Positions 27,198 through 38,460 of a stretch of 64,000 nucleotides of DNA are shown here, one piece after another. A program made the translations under genes and the position numbers. The DNA is from a virus (taxonomy: Duplodnaviria > Heunggongvirae > Uroviricota > Caudoviricetes), in the IMG/VR virus record IMGVR_UViG_3300021255_000108, positions 1-64,000 of that record; one strand, 5' to 3'. How positions within the stretch are numbered: the stretch's first letter is position 1; every line of letters starts with the position of its first letter. Under the pieces are notes generated by a model. That model searched no databases and had not been told where the DNA came from. It worked only from the letters and a program-made list of their open reading frames with translations.

Positions 27198-28425
27198 TAC
27201 AAGCGCTTTATTAAATGGTATACAAATTACCCCAGGATATACTTTTATTAGCAGAATTGTTTTAAAAGAATTAGAGCAAATAAAAATATCTACAACAAAA
27301 GATGAAAATATAAAATATCAAGCAAGAACATTATTACGATATTTATCTGAGCACCCAAAGCCGAATTGGAGCACCCCTCCAATTTCACCTTTTAAAGTAA
27401 ATCTTTTCTTAAAAACACATAGATTTTTGGAAAATAATAACGATAGTTATATTATTGCTGAGGCAGTTTTGACTGCTAAAAAGACTAAAACAAATATAAC
27501 TTTCTTTACCAGTGATTTATCACAAGCATTATTGGCGGAAAATTTCCCAAAATATCTTAAAGTAGTTTATTATAAAGAAACTACTGCCAGAGAAAATTTA
27601 TGGAATGGCATATCTCAATTTTTCTTAAATAAAACAGTTTCTGAATATGTATATAGCCATCCAGAAGAGAATCGATTAAATCTTGCCATTAATGAATATG
27701 CACTATTATTAGATGGTAAAGGCGAAGTTAATGATATCATTAAATGGGATGGTAAAACATACGGTGTTATTCAATATAAAAATATCACAACAGACTATTT
27801 TGGGACAATTAGAGCATTAAACCCACAACAGGAAGCCGTTTTTGATTTATTACAAAACCACAATATTGGTATTAAGTTACTTCGCGGAAAATATGGCGTA
27901 GGAAAAACGTTTATAGCATTGGCGCACGCGATGTACTTTATTAAAAAGACACATCAATTTGATCGTTTAATTTATATTCGTAATAATATTGAAGTTGCTG
28001 GTTCAAAGCCATTAGGCGCACTTCCAGGTGAACAAGAGGACAAATTGATGCCGTATATTATGCCTCTTGCTGACATACTTGGCGATGAAGAAATGGTGCG
28101 GCAATGTATAGAAGATGGAACAATTGAGCCAGTTCATATCGGTTATCTACGAGGTAGAAGTTTTAATCATTCTATTATCTTCGTTGATGAAGGCGAAAAT
28201 TTAACTACTGATATGGTAAAATTAATCATCGCAAGATGCGGCGAAGGTAGTGAAGTGTGGTTTATGGGTGATGAATCACAAACAGATTCAGATATATTTA
28301 AAAAGAATAATGGTATTGCCGCATTAATACATAGTTTAAAAGGCGACCCGCTCTTTGGAACAGTCAAATTGGAAAAGACAGAACGTGGCGAAATCGCTGA
28401 ATTAGCTAATAAAATTCGTCAGTAA
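27178..28425 (+). CDS. phoH: PhoH-like ATPase with an N-terminal PIN-like domain (YlaK-type)
   Basis: Walker A LRGKYGVGKTFIALA; Walker B IIFVDEGEN. Confidence 0.65.
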   Translation: MEFLTFDTSALLNGIQITPGYTFISRIVLKELEQIKISTTKDENIKYQARTLLRYLSEHPKPNWSTPPISPFKVNLFLKTHRFLENNNDSYIIAEAVLTAKKTKTNITFFTSDLSQALLAENFPKYLKVVYYKETTARENLWNGISQFFLNKTVSEYVYSHPEENRLNLAINEYALLLDGKGEVNDIIKWDGKTYGVIQYKNITTDYFGTIRALNPQQEAVFDLLQNHNIGIKLLRGKYGVGKTFIALAHAMYFIKKTHQFDRLIYIRNNIEVAGSKPLGALPGEQEDKLMPYIMPLADILGDEEMVRQCIEDGTIEPVHIGYLRGRSFNHSIIFVDEGENLTTDMVKLIIARCGEGSEVWFMGDESQTDSDIFKKNNGIAALIHSLKGDPLFGTVKLEKTERGEIAELANKIRQ

Positions 28426-28450
28426 GAAAATTTTCTTACTGACTTTTTTT
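28420..28450 (+). terminator. rho-independent terminator (cagtaagaaa-at-tttcttactg, then T7)
   Basis: 10-bp hairpin plus a T-run. Confidence 0.7.
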
Positions 28451-28451
28451 G

Positions 28452-28480
28452 TTGACAAAAATAAAAAAATATGTTAAAAT
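28452..28480 (+). promoter_or_regulatory. sigma70-type promoter (TTGACA, 17-nt spacer, TAAAAT)
   Basis: upstream of gyrB. Confidence 0.5.
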
Positions 28481-28515
28481 ATATATGAAAATAAAAAAAG
28501 AATGAGGTTTCATAG

Positions 28516-30441
28516 ATGCCAAATCATAACTATGGTATAGAAGATATAAAAACTTTGGAGGGTATGGAAGCCATTAGAACTCGTCCCGGAATGTATATTG
28601 GTGACGTTGGACGTGAAGGCATATGGCAGATTACCCTTGAAATTATTTCTAATGCTATTGATGAATATCTCGTAGGAGCTTGTAATGAAATATTTGTTGG
28701 TATTGATGGGGCTCGGGTTGTTGTCGCTGACAACGGACGCGGCGTTCCTTTTGGAAAGAATGATGCCGGAGAAGAAGTCCTGGTTAATATATATACTAAA
28801 TTGCATACTGGCGCTAAGTTCGATAGCGATGGTAATGCTGGGTACAATACTTCTGGTGGTATGAATGGTGTTGGTGCGAAAGCGACCAACGCACTTTCTG
28901 ACCTATTTTCTGTTGAAAGTTTTAGAGACAATAAGCGCGCATATGCTTTATTTTCAAAAGGACAACTGGTTAGATTTGAAGTAAGACCAAGAGATCCTAA
29001 AAAATATGCTACCGATGTCCGTTATGAACACGGAACAATTATTCAATTTATTCCCGATGGAACAATCTTTAAAGATGTTGATTTGGATGCTGACTATGAT
29101 CGTATTCGTAAACAACTTTGGGAATTGGCGTATTTGTCTCCGGGTCTTCATTTTACTCTTTCAAATGGCAGCAATAGAGAGGAAATTGAGAGTAAAAATG
29201 GACTTCTTGATTATCTGGATACCCTTAACTCTGGAAAAGAGCTACTGACAACACCAATGTATGCTGAAAGCAAAGAAAACCGTATGACAGTACGGGTGGC
29301 AATGCAGTATACAAATCAGTTTACTGATACTTATCGTCTATTTACAAATAGTATTCCAAATGTTGGCGGTACTCATCTTACCGGTTTTAGAACTGCTTTA
29401 ACGCAGGCAGTTAATATTTATGCGAGAGAGAAAAAATTACTCAAAGAAAAAGATGACAATTTTTCTGGCGATGATTTAAAGGAGGGTCTAGTCCTTGTCC
29501 TTAGTCTTACGATGCCGGACCCTGTGTTTAGTGGTCAAACAAAAGGTACACTTACTTCGGCAGAAGGTAGAACAGTGGTTCAGCGCCTTTGTACTAAAGC
29601 AATTACAGAATGGTTAGGCGCGCATGAACGAGACGCAAAAGCAATTATTGGCAAAGCTATACTCGCCAGAACTGCTAGAGAGAAAGCGCGGAAAGCAAAA
29701 GAGACAGTACGGTCCGCTACCACTAAGGCAACACGTATTACCTTACCAGGTAAACTCGCGGACTGTTCAAGCAAAGTACGGTCAAAATGCGAGGTATTTA
29801 TCGTCGAGGGAGATTCGGCGGCTGGCAGCGCGAAAGAAGCTCGTAATAGAGACACGCAAGCCATCCTTCCGATCCGTGGTAAAATCCTTAATGTTCTTAA
29901 AGCTGACCTCTCTAAAGCAATGGCTAATGAAGAAATTAAAAGTATGATTATTGGTTTTGGATTACAGATTCAAAACAATAAAATTGTACTAGATGAAACT
30001 AAACTCCGTTATGGTAAAATCATTATTATGAGCGATGCTGACGTTGATGGTGAACATATTCGTTGTTTGTTTTTGACTTTTATTTGGAAATTCTGTCCTG
30101 AGTTGATTGAAAAGGGTTATGTATATGCGGCTGTACCTCCTCTATATCGAATTATTCGTGGTAAAAACTCAATCTACATTAAAGATGACGCTGCGCTTGC
30201 CGATTATCGTGCCAAGAATCCGGGTTCCTACGAACTACGTAGATTTAAGGGGCTTGGCGAACAGTCGGTGGAAGAACTTGCTGAGTCTACAATGGCTCCC
30301 AATTCGCGCACTCTTAAACTTATCACAATGGAAGACGCAATTTCCGCAGGAAACACTTTCAATGCCTTAATGGGTGAAAGTAGCGTACTTCGCAAACAAT
30401 TTATTGAAAAGAATGCCTTTAGAGCAAATATTGATATTTAA
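28516..30441 (+). CDS. gyrB: type IIA topoisomerase ATPase subunit (GyrB/ParE-like)
   Basis: GHKL ATPase N-terminus; TOPRIM motif EGDSAAGSAK; PLYRI...GKN motif. Confidence 0.85.
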   Translation: MPNHNYGIEDIKTLEGMEAIRTRPGMYIGDVGREGIWQITLEIISNAIDEYLVGACNEIFVGIDGARVVVADNGRGVPFGKNDAGEEVLVNIYTKLHTGAKFDSDGNAGYNTSGGMNGVGAKATNALSDLFSVESFRDNKRAYALFSKGQLVRFEVRPRDPKKYATDVRYEHGTIIQFIPDGTIFKDVDLDADYDRIRKQLWELAYLSPGLHFTLSNGSNREEIESKNGLLDYLDTLNSGKELLTTPMYAESKENRMTVRVAMQYTNQFTDTYRLFTNSIPNVGGTHLTGFRTALTQAVNIYAREKKLLKEKDDNFSGDDLKEGLVLVLSLTMPDPVFSGQTKGTLTSAEGRTVVQRLCTKAITEWLGAHERDAKAIIGKAILARTAREKARKAKETVRSATTKATRITLPGKLADCSSKVRSKCEVFIVEGDSAAGSAKEARNRDTQAILPIRGKILNVLKADLSKAMANEEIKSMIIGFGLQIQNNKIVLDETKLRYGKIIIMSDADVDGEHIRCLFLTFIWKFCPELIEKGYVYAAVPPLYRIIRGKNSIYIKDDAALADYRAKNPGSYELRRFKGLGEQSVEELAESTMAPNSRTLKLITMEDAISAGNTFNALMGESSVLRKQFIEKNAFRANIDI

Positions 30442-30455
30442 TAAGGATTAAGACA

Positions 30456-31022
30456 ATGATTAAGATTTACACTGATGGTAGCGCAACAAAAAATAGGTGC
30501 GGATGGGGCTATGTATTTATTGATGATGAAGGAGTTTGTATTTCTAGTGGTGAAGAAACTAATTCCACTAATCAACGTATGGAATTAACTGCTGCTATCA
30601 ATGGTCTTAATCATTGGCAAGGTAGTTATTATCCAGATGATGAAAATGTCATAGTATATAGCGATAGCGCATATTTGATAAATTGCTACCAAGAAAAATG
30701 GTATTTAAATTGGGAAAATAATAATTGGTTAAATAGTAAAAATGAACCAGTTGCTAACAAAGATTTATGGCTACAATTGATCCCGTACTTTAATAATCCA
30801 TTAATTACTTTTATGAAAGTAAAGGGTCATTCTGGTGATAAATATAATGAATGGGCAGACCAATTAGCGCGTGGTACATTAACTACAACCGATTTATTGA
30901 CAAAAGAAGAAAAAAATGATAGAATGTTAAAAGAATTGATAAGAACTTTATGGGATTTTCGGGAAAAGAAAATTGATACTTATCAAGCAGTGGCAATAAT
31001 TGAGAGGTTATTTAATGAGTGA
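30456..31022 (+). CDS. rnhA: ribonuclease HI
   Basis: IKIYTDGSA...NQRMELTAAI...DSAY motifs. Confidence 0.7.
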   Translation: MIKIYTDGSATKNRCGWGYVFIDDEGVCISSGEETNSTNQRMELTAAINGLNHWQGSYYPDDENVIVYSDSAYLINCYQEKWYLNWENNNWLNSKNEPVANKDLWLQLIPYFNNPLITFMKVKGHSGDKYNEWADQLARGTLTTTDLLTKEEKNDRMLKELIRTLWDFREKKIDTYQAVAIIERLFNE

Positions 31023-33396
31023 AAATATAATTCAATCTCCAATAGTAGAAGAAATAGAACAATCATTTCTTGATTATTCTCTATCTGTAATTACAGATAG
31101 AGCCATTCCTGCTGTTGAAGATGGACTGAAACCAGTTATGCGCCGTATCTTATGGTGTATGGCAGAGAGCGGTTATAAAAGCAATAAACAATATGTAAAA
31201 TGCGCCAGACCAGTCGGTGATACAATGGGTAAGTATCATCCGCACGGTGATAGTTCAATATATGGTGCTCTTGTTGGCGCAAGCCAGCCTTGGAATATGC
31301 GGTATCCATTGATTGATTTCCATGGTAATAATGGTAGTCGTGATGGTGATGGTCCAGCTGCGATGCGTTATACAGAATGTCGTTTAAGTAAAATCGCAGA
31401 AGCAACATTGGAAAATATTAAAAAGGATACAGTAGATTGGATTCCTAATTTTGATGAGACATTAAAAGAACCTGTATATCTACCTGGTATTTTTCCGAAT
31501 CTATTGTGTAATGGTACAACTGGTATCGCAGTGGCAATGGCTTGTTCTTTTGCCCCGCACAATTTAACAGAAGTAATGAATGCCATTATTGCTTATGTTA
31601 AAGGTGAGGCTCTTACTTCTGCTGACCTTGTTAAATATATTAATGGGCCTGATTTTCCGACTGGTGGAATTATAATAAATCAAAAAGAGTTAGTTAATGC
31701 TTATTTAACTGGTAAGGGCAGAGTAAAAATACGTGGTGAATATAAGGTTGAAAAAACAAAACAAGGCGTGGAAGTATTAGTATTTACTTCAATACCTTAT
31801 AAAGTATCTAAAGAAAATTTATTAACAGAAATAGATACTTTGTGTGAAGAAAAGAAAATTAATGGTATTGTTGAAATTCGAGATGAAAGTAATAAAGAAG
31901 GCGTTCGTTTTGTAATTGAATTAGCAAAAGGGCAGAACGCAGATGTTATTGCTAATCAATTATATGAATTAACAAATCTTGAAAGTACTTTTAACATAAA
32001 TCAAGTCGCACTTGAAAATAAAACGCCAAAACAGATGACTTTGGCTGATATAATTAAGAATTATGTCGAACATCAAAAAGATGTATTTCGTAGATTAAAT
32101 GAATATCAAAAGAAGCAACTTGAACATCAGATACATATTTTAAGTGGACTATGTAAAGCTCTTGATGACATTGATAATGTTATACAATTAATTAAATCTT
32201 CTGCTGATAAAAATGCCGCGCATAAAGCGTTAATGGCTAAATATGATTTTAGCTCGGAACAAGCTGATGCTATTTTAAGTATGACATTAAGTCGTTTAGC
32301 CAATATGGAAAAAATAGCATTGGAAAAAGACTTAGAGAAAGCAACAGAAGATTTAGGAATAATACTTTCAAGACTTAATAATGCGGAAGTATTTAATACA
32401 TATTTAATTGATTGTTTAGAATCTTATAAAAATACATATGCGGATGCGCGCAGAACTAAAATAACAAATATTGAAATAACAAAAGAAGAAAAAGAAATCG
32501 CCCAAATTGTTCCAGAAGATGTTATTGTAATTATGACAGAAGCTGGTAATATTAAACGAGTTCCAAAAAAGAATTTTAAATCACAAAAACGCAATGGAAA
32601 AGGCATTAAAACTCAAGATGATTGTACTCTTGGGATGATAGATACGAATACTATTGATGTAATTATGGCATTTACTGATAGAGGACGAGTATATAGATTG
32701 CCTGTTGATCAAATTCCGGAAGGAACACAATTAACTCGTGGAGTGGCAATTAGTACACTTATTCAAACAGAAGTAAATGAAAAAGTAGTTGTTATTACAT
32801 CCGCGGCGAGAAATGAAACAGATAAATATGTTTGGTTTGTTACTAAGAGTGGTTTAATTAAGAAAACAAATATTAACGAATATAATACAATAGGTAAACG
32901 AAAAACTGGCGTTCAGGCGATTGGACTACGGAATGAAGATGAACTGTGTTCAATCTGGATTGGAGGAAATAGTGATATCTTGGTTATCACCCGAGATGGA
33001 ATGGGTATCCGTTTCGATGGAGCGGCTGTTAGCACTGTTGGAAGAACAGCTGCGGGAGTACAAGCCATCAAACTTAACAGTGATGATAAGTGTGTGTTCG
33101 GAGGACCGATATTCGACGACGAAAAATATAACATATTGGTTGGATATACTAACGGCACAGGGCTATTGTTGTCTGGCACTGAATTTACTCGGCAAGGAAG
33201 AGCTGGTAAAGGTCTTAAAATTACTAAAGACTGTAGAATATCAACAGTGTGTAGTGGATTTTATGAACGATTTTATATCGCCGGTTCAAATAGTGGCATC
33301 TGCGTTACATTGGAAGATATCCCCAGAGGCTCAAGAAACTCTGCTCCCATTAAGTTGATTAAGAATAGTGATATTACATCAATTATAGGTGTTTAA
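31017..33396 (+). CDS. gyrA: type IIA topoisomerase subunit A (GyrA/ParC-like)
   Basis: active-site motif AMRYTE; SIYGALV; ATG 31017 follows RBS gagagg. Confidence 0.85.
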
Positions 33397-33397
33397 T

Positions 33398-34540
33398 ATG
33401 ATTACAGAAAATAAAAAATATTTTGTAGCATAGGTAAATTCTTCTAAAGCGAATCAATTTACTAAATATTATCACTATTCACACGTTGGATTTAAGAAAG
33501 CCAAATTGAATCTTGGTGTCTTTAATAAAGACACCAAGAAACTTGTTGGTGTAATGCAATGGGGATGCTCCGCGCAAGAAAATATAAGGCTTGATAGATA
33601 TGTAAAGGAACCGATAACAACTGATGAATATTATGAGTTAAATAGGTTTTGTATGGCAGATTCAGAATTAGAAAATTCTGAATCATAGGCTTTATCTCTT
33701 GGTATAAAATGGATAAAAAAGTATCAACCACACATTCGTCTATTGGTTTCATATGCGGGCAGGAAAGAAGGAAATGTAGGTTATATTTATCAAGCAACTA
33801 ATTGGGAGTATTTAGGATATTTTATATCTTCTGGTTTTTGGAATATTGATGGACAAGAAGTGCATCAATTGACTCTGTGGTATAGATATAATAAAAGCGA
33901 GTATAAAGATAAAACTTTTTTAGATGCGTTGCGCGCAATGTATCATTATGTAGAACAGACTTGGACGAAACAATTTATATATATACAACGCTTAGATACA
34001 GGATTAACGACAGCAGATGATATATTACCATATCCAAAAGTAGATGATGGTCCTATTTTAATTCGCTCAAAAATTTATAAAAATGAACCGTTAATTGAAA
34101 ATAATAAAAATAATATTGGAGATGCCCCTGATTTTTATTATGATGATAAGGAGCTATTATTTACTCGAAGAAAATTAATCAGAGATGGCGTAATTAAGCC
34201 AAAACAAGATATTATAGCATCATATAATGATTACGGTCAATTGATTGAGACAAAACAAACCGCATCTGCTTATGGCCCAACGTATACAATTGAAGGCATA
34301 CATCGCTCTTGCATATCTAATAAATTCTATAAAGATAGAGTATTTAAAAAATTTAGTCAAGACGATGAAATTCCAGAAGAGATAGACGTACCAATTTGTT
34401 GTATAATTGATGAAATTCCATTTCGTAATTTAACAGAAGCCGCTAAATATTTAAATGTAAGCAGGCAAGCAGTATCTGCTTCTAAACAAAGAAAAGCAAA
34501 AATGATTAACGGTATAGATGTTTTATGGGTAAAAGATTAA
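33398..34540 (+). CDS. NUMOD1-HTH-containing protein (homing-endonuclease-like) read through 2 TAGs (about 380 aa)
   Basis: track ORFs 33506..33688 and 33743..34540 are in frame with ATG 33398, with TAGs at 33431 and 33689; C-terminus EIPFRNLTEAAKYLNVSRQAVSAS matches the NUMOD1 motif of I-TevI-type endonucleases. Confidence 0.45.
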
Positions 34541-34571
34541 GAGTCATTCATTTGACTCTTTTAATTTTTTT
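34541..34571 (+). terminator. rho-independent terminator (agagtcattcatttgactct, then T-run)
   Basis: hairpin plus a T-run. Confidence 0.6.
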
Positions 34572-34610
34572 TGATAAAATATATATACAGAAAAATAAAG
34601 GAGAAATAGT

Positions 34611-35438
34611 ATGCCAAGAGTTAAAGAACTAAATGGTAATTATGCTGAATATATAGAAAGACTATTAAATGCAGTAGTTAGAAATGAGTTTGTTTCCTTT
34701 AAGCATATAGATCAGCAAATGATGTTAGATTGTTCAAAAATTACACAAGAAGAAAAAAATGAAATGTTATCTTGGGCATATAATATACAAGATACTTATC
34801 ATTTTAAAACTAGTGAATATATTGGACGAAACACTAAATCAGAAAAAGGCGATTTAATTTTAAATAATCAAATTACTGAATTTAAATGTGTCTCGCGAGG
34901 ATCAGGAACTTATTTTAATACTTCTGTAACATATTTAGATAAGTTTGGTATACTTAATCCGATTGCCGCTTATGAAAAAATTGGATATCGAGATACATTA
35001 GAACGTTTAATTTCTCCTTTAGGTTATCATACAACAAAATATGGTAATTCAAGTTTTGTAACTCAATCTACATCTACTATGATTCAAAAAGAAATGGTCT
35101 ATAATGATATTAAACAAATTGATAGTTCTTTGCGTGCTATTTACACAGATAAATTATCTAAATATTTTAAAGCCAATCCAGAACAAGCTAGAATTTTTAT
35201 TTTTGATATGTTATATAAATGCTCAAAAGGACCTGCAGAACAAATGTTAATTTATAATTATCATAACAATACAATGCATTTATTTCAAATCTCTAATATG
35301 ATCAATAAAAATCTTAAAAATAGTATTCTAACCCCCTCTGGGAAATATGGCTTTTCTTGTGGTAATGGTTGTCGTGTCCAATTAGGATGGCAAAATGGTA
35401 GTGGGTTAAATAATTATACACTTAGAGTATTTATTTAA
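34611..35438 (+). CDS. hypothetical protein; possible PD-(D/E)xK restriction endonuclease partner of the adjacent methyltransferase
   Basis: GDLILNNQITEFKCV fits a D...E-x-K core; position immediately upstream of an MTase. Confidence 0.3.
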   Translation: MPRVKELNGNYAEYIERLLNAVVRNEFVSFKHIDQQMMLDCSKITQEEKNEMLSWAYNIQDTYHFKTSEYIGRNTKSEKGDLILNNQITEFKCVSRGSGTYFNTSVTYLDKFGILNPIAAYEKIGYRDTLERLISPLGYHTTKYGNSSFVTQSTSTMIQKEMVYNDIKQIDSSLRAIYTDKLSKYFKANPEQARIFIFDMLYKCSKGPAEQMLIYNYHNNTMHLFQISNMINKNLKNSILTPSGKYGFSCGNGCRVQLGWQNGSGLNNYTLRVFI

Positions 35439-35450
35439 AGGAATGATTTA

Positions 35451-36320
35451 ATGCCGAATTTAGACAAATTTTATACAACTAAAACTGTAGCTTTAGATTG
35501 CATAAATTTTTTATATAAAACTTTTCCTAATATTAATTTTAATAAAAAAATTTTTTTAGAACCAAGCGCTGGAGCAGGAGCATTTAGCGCTCAATTACCA
35601 CATTGTATTGCTTTAGATATTGCTCCAGAAGCGGATAATATTCAAAAAAAAGATTTTTTTAATTATAATCCTCAAATGACTTTTAAAAATTTTGTAACAA
35701 TAGGTAATCCTCCCTTTGGACATAGATCAGAATTAGCGATTCGATTTTTTAATCATGCTGCTCAATTTAGTGATGTTATAGCATTTATTGTTCCAGTATC
35801 TTTTATGAAATGGAATGTACAAAAAAAAATATCAATGAATTTTGTTCTTACTGATTATTTTTATTTGACGCCGCAATCATTCACAGCTAATAACGTACCA
35901 TATTCTGTAAGAACAGTATTTCAAATCTGGAGCAAGAAAAATACAGAATTTGATATACAAAAAAATTATCGTTTACAAAAAGCACCTCCAATAACGCATC
36001 CAGATTTTAAAATTTGGCAACATAATGCGACAGAACAATCTCGATCAACTGTAAATGAAGATTGGGAAATCGCTACTTGGCGACAAGGTTATAAAAATTT
36101 CAATGAATTATTTACGCGAAAAGATTATGATTGGTTGTATAATCAAGTTTATAACACTAATCAACAATTTTTCTTTATTAAACCATTAAATGAAAAGGCT
36201 CGTGCCATCATTTCTAAAATGGATTTTAATGCTTTAGCTGAACGAAATACAGCCACTCCAGGTTTCGGAAAAGGTGATTTTGTATCATATTATATGGAGT
36301 TAGAAAAGAAATATGAATAA
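35451..36320 (+). CDS. N6-adenine DNA methyltransferase
   Basis: motif I LEPSAGAGAF and motif IV IGNPPFG. Confidence 0.65.
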   Translation: MPNLDKFYTTKTVALDCINFLYKTFPNINFNKKIFLEPSAGAGAFSAQLPHCIALDIAPEADNIQKKDFFNYNPQMTFKNFVTIGNPPFGHRSELAIRFFNHAAQFSDVIAFIVPVSFMKWNVQKKISMNFVLTDYFYLTPQSFTANNVPYSVRTVFQIWSKKNTEFDIQKNYRLQKAPPITHPDFKIWQHNATEQSRSTVNEDWEIATWRQGYKNFNELFTRKDYDWLYNQVYNTNQQFFFIKPLNEKARAIISKMDFNALAERNTATPGFGKGDFVSYYMELEKKYE

Positions 36321-37530
36321 TCAACCAATATGTCCTCTTCCAATGAAGATAAGTAAAATTCCAGATGGTAAAGAGAAAATTTTTCCCTCTCTTTGCGCTT
36401 CTGGTGAATATTTTGCACAAATTAAAAAAGATGGTTATTGGTATCAATTTGAACGTACTGAAACATATGGCTATTTATGGAGTCGTAATATTAGTGTTCA
36501 AACTGGGCAATTAACCGAAAAGTCAGAAAACGTTCCTCATATTGTAAATATTCTTAATCGTTTACCTGTTGGTACAATTATAATAGGAGAAATTTACTAT
36601 CCGGGTAAAACTTCAAAAGATGTTACTCCTATTATGGGAGCCGCACCTGGAAAAGCAGTAGAACGTCAACAGGGTGAATATGGCCTATTACATTATTATA
36701 TGCACGATATGATATATTTTAATGGTACAAATTTAATGGATTACGGCGCAAGTATTCGTTATAATTTATTAAAAAAAGTCGTTGAAAAATATCAATTGTT
36801 ACAAGAGCCATATATGGAATTGGCGCAAAGAATAGATGATAATATTCAAGAAGCAGTAGCCGAAGCTCTTGCCGCAGGCGAAGAAGGAATGGTATTAAAA
36901 CGTAAATCTGCACCATACACACCAGGTAAACGTCCTGCGTGGGATACAATAAAAATTAAGAAAACTGCTACTTGCGATGCGGTATGTATGGGCGCTTGTG
37001 AGCCGACTAAATATTATAATGGTAAATTGCCAATTGGACCTAACTATACGGTTCTAAATGAATATGGGTTAGTAGATTTAGAATTAACCAAATTACAACA
37101 TAATCAAGCAAAAGAGTGGCCTTATTGGATTATTGAACGATATGGCATTCCGACAGAACAAGGCGCCCCTTGGGGACTATTAAGTGAAGCAAGAGTGCCA
37201 ATTGGAGATTATAAAGTAGTTAAAGGTATCGAATATAAAACGATGCCTGTAACAAAAGCATACTATTATGGATGGCCCAATGCTATACGAGTTGGTGCCT
37301 ATGATGAGAATCATAAACTTGTTGAAATTGGAACTATTTCTTCTGGACTTACAGAAGAAGATCAAAAAAATTTGAAAGAACATCCGTTAATGTTTTTTGG
37401 TAAAGTTGTAGAACTTGCGGGAATGGAAAAACATAAAACAACTCATACATTACGTCATTTTTACTTTAAACGCATACGTGATGATAAGAATCCAGAAGAA
37501 TGTACAATTCAGGAGATTTTTGGAGAATGA
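36313..37530 (+). CDS. ATP-dependent DNA ligase
   Basis: motif I KKDGYWY (KxDG); overall size and pattern match small phage ligases. Confidence 0.7.
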   Translation: MNNQPICPLPMKISKIPDGKEKIFPSLCASGEYFAQIKKDGYWYQFERTETYGYLWSRNISVQTGQLTEKSENVPHIVNILNRLPVGTIIIGEIYYPGKTSKDVTPIMGAAPGKAVERQQGEYGLLHYYMHDMIYFNGTNLMDYGASIRYNLLKKVVEKYQLLQEPYMELAQRIDDNIQEAVAEALAAGEEGMVLKRKSAPYTPGKRPAWDTIKIKKTATCDAVCMGACEPTKYYNGKLPIGPNYTVLNEYGLVDLELTKLQHNQAKEWPYWIIERYGIPTEQGAPWGLLSEARVPIGDYKVVKGIEYKTMPVTKAYYYGWPNAIRVGAYDENHKLVEIGTISSGLTEEDQKNLKEHPLMFFGKVVELAGMEKHKTTHTLRHFYFKRIRDDKNPEECTIQEIFGE

Positions 37531-37751
37531 ATAGTTCGCACGATTATGACTCTTCAATTGAATTAATTGAAAAGTATAAAAAGAAACTTATAGAAAGTAC
37601 CAATATTGAAAGTCGCCCAGAAGAAATGCTTGTTATAGACAATATTTTATTTCGCTTTTGGCAACTGGGATGGCTAAATATTTTAGAAAAAAATTGACTT
37701 TTCAAAAAAAATAATATATTATATATACATAAAATAAAGGAAAAAAACTTT

Positions 37752-37958
37752 ATGACTAAGAAACAGCAGAAGAAATTCGCTAAGCAGTTAGCAGAATTGG
37801 AATATAAATTACAGTGCGCTCAAGACAACGAAGAAATTAATTCTTTGAAAACAAGGATTTTAAATTTACAGGAAGCGAACGCAGCAGATATGACGATTGA
37901 AGATCTGTACGCTGTCGATGAAATGGTTCAAGAATTTCTTCAAAATTTGAAAAAATAA
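37752..37958 (+). CDS. coiled-coil small protein (68 aa)
   Basis: promoter motif 37705-37725 and RBS aaggaaaa. Confidence 0.35.
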   Translation: MTKKQQKKFAKQLAELEYKLQCAQDNEEINSLKTRILNLQEANAADMTIEDLYAVDEMVQEFLQNLKK

Positions 37959-38085
37959 AAAATTTTTAGTATAATTAATATAGTTAATAACTGACGGCAT
38001 ACACCGCAGATTATTATAAATAAAATAAATAAAAAATAAAATGAATGTTGGAAATCCAACTAGAGAAAAAGGAGAACATAATATT

Positions 38086-38361
38086 ATGGCTGTTATGAAG
38101 GAAAACACAAAGAAAGTTATCTCTTATCTGCAGGGTCTTGCTGCTAATGACAATGTAACCGCGGCTGATGTCGCTGAGGCTCTTCATCTTGAGGTTCGTA
38201 GCGTGAATGGTATTTTCACAAGCGCTATTCAGCGGAAGGAACTTGGTTATCGTGATGAGCAGGAAATTGAGCTTGAAGATGGCACTCATGCGAAGGTAAA
38301 GTTCTTGCGGCTGAATGATGCTGGCAAGGCTGTGGATGTAAACGCAACTGACGCAGAGTAA
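38086..38361 (+). CDS. hypothetical protein (92 aa), GC-richer
   Basis: ATG 38086 follows RBS aaggagaa (the track ORF starts at 38041). Confidence 0.4.
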   Translation: MAVMKENTKKVISYLQGLAANDNVTAADVAEALHLEVRSVNGIFTSAIQRKELGYRDEQEIELEDGTHAKVKFLRLNDAGKAVDVNATDAE

Positions 38362-38460
38362 CAAATATACTATAGGGTTTGGTAATCTATTATCAAACCC
38401 TTATCTTTTATTATTATGATATATATAACTATTATTTTCATTATTGTTGTAACTATTTTA

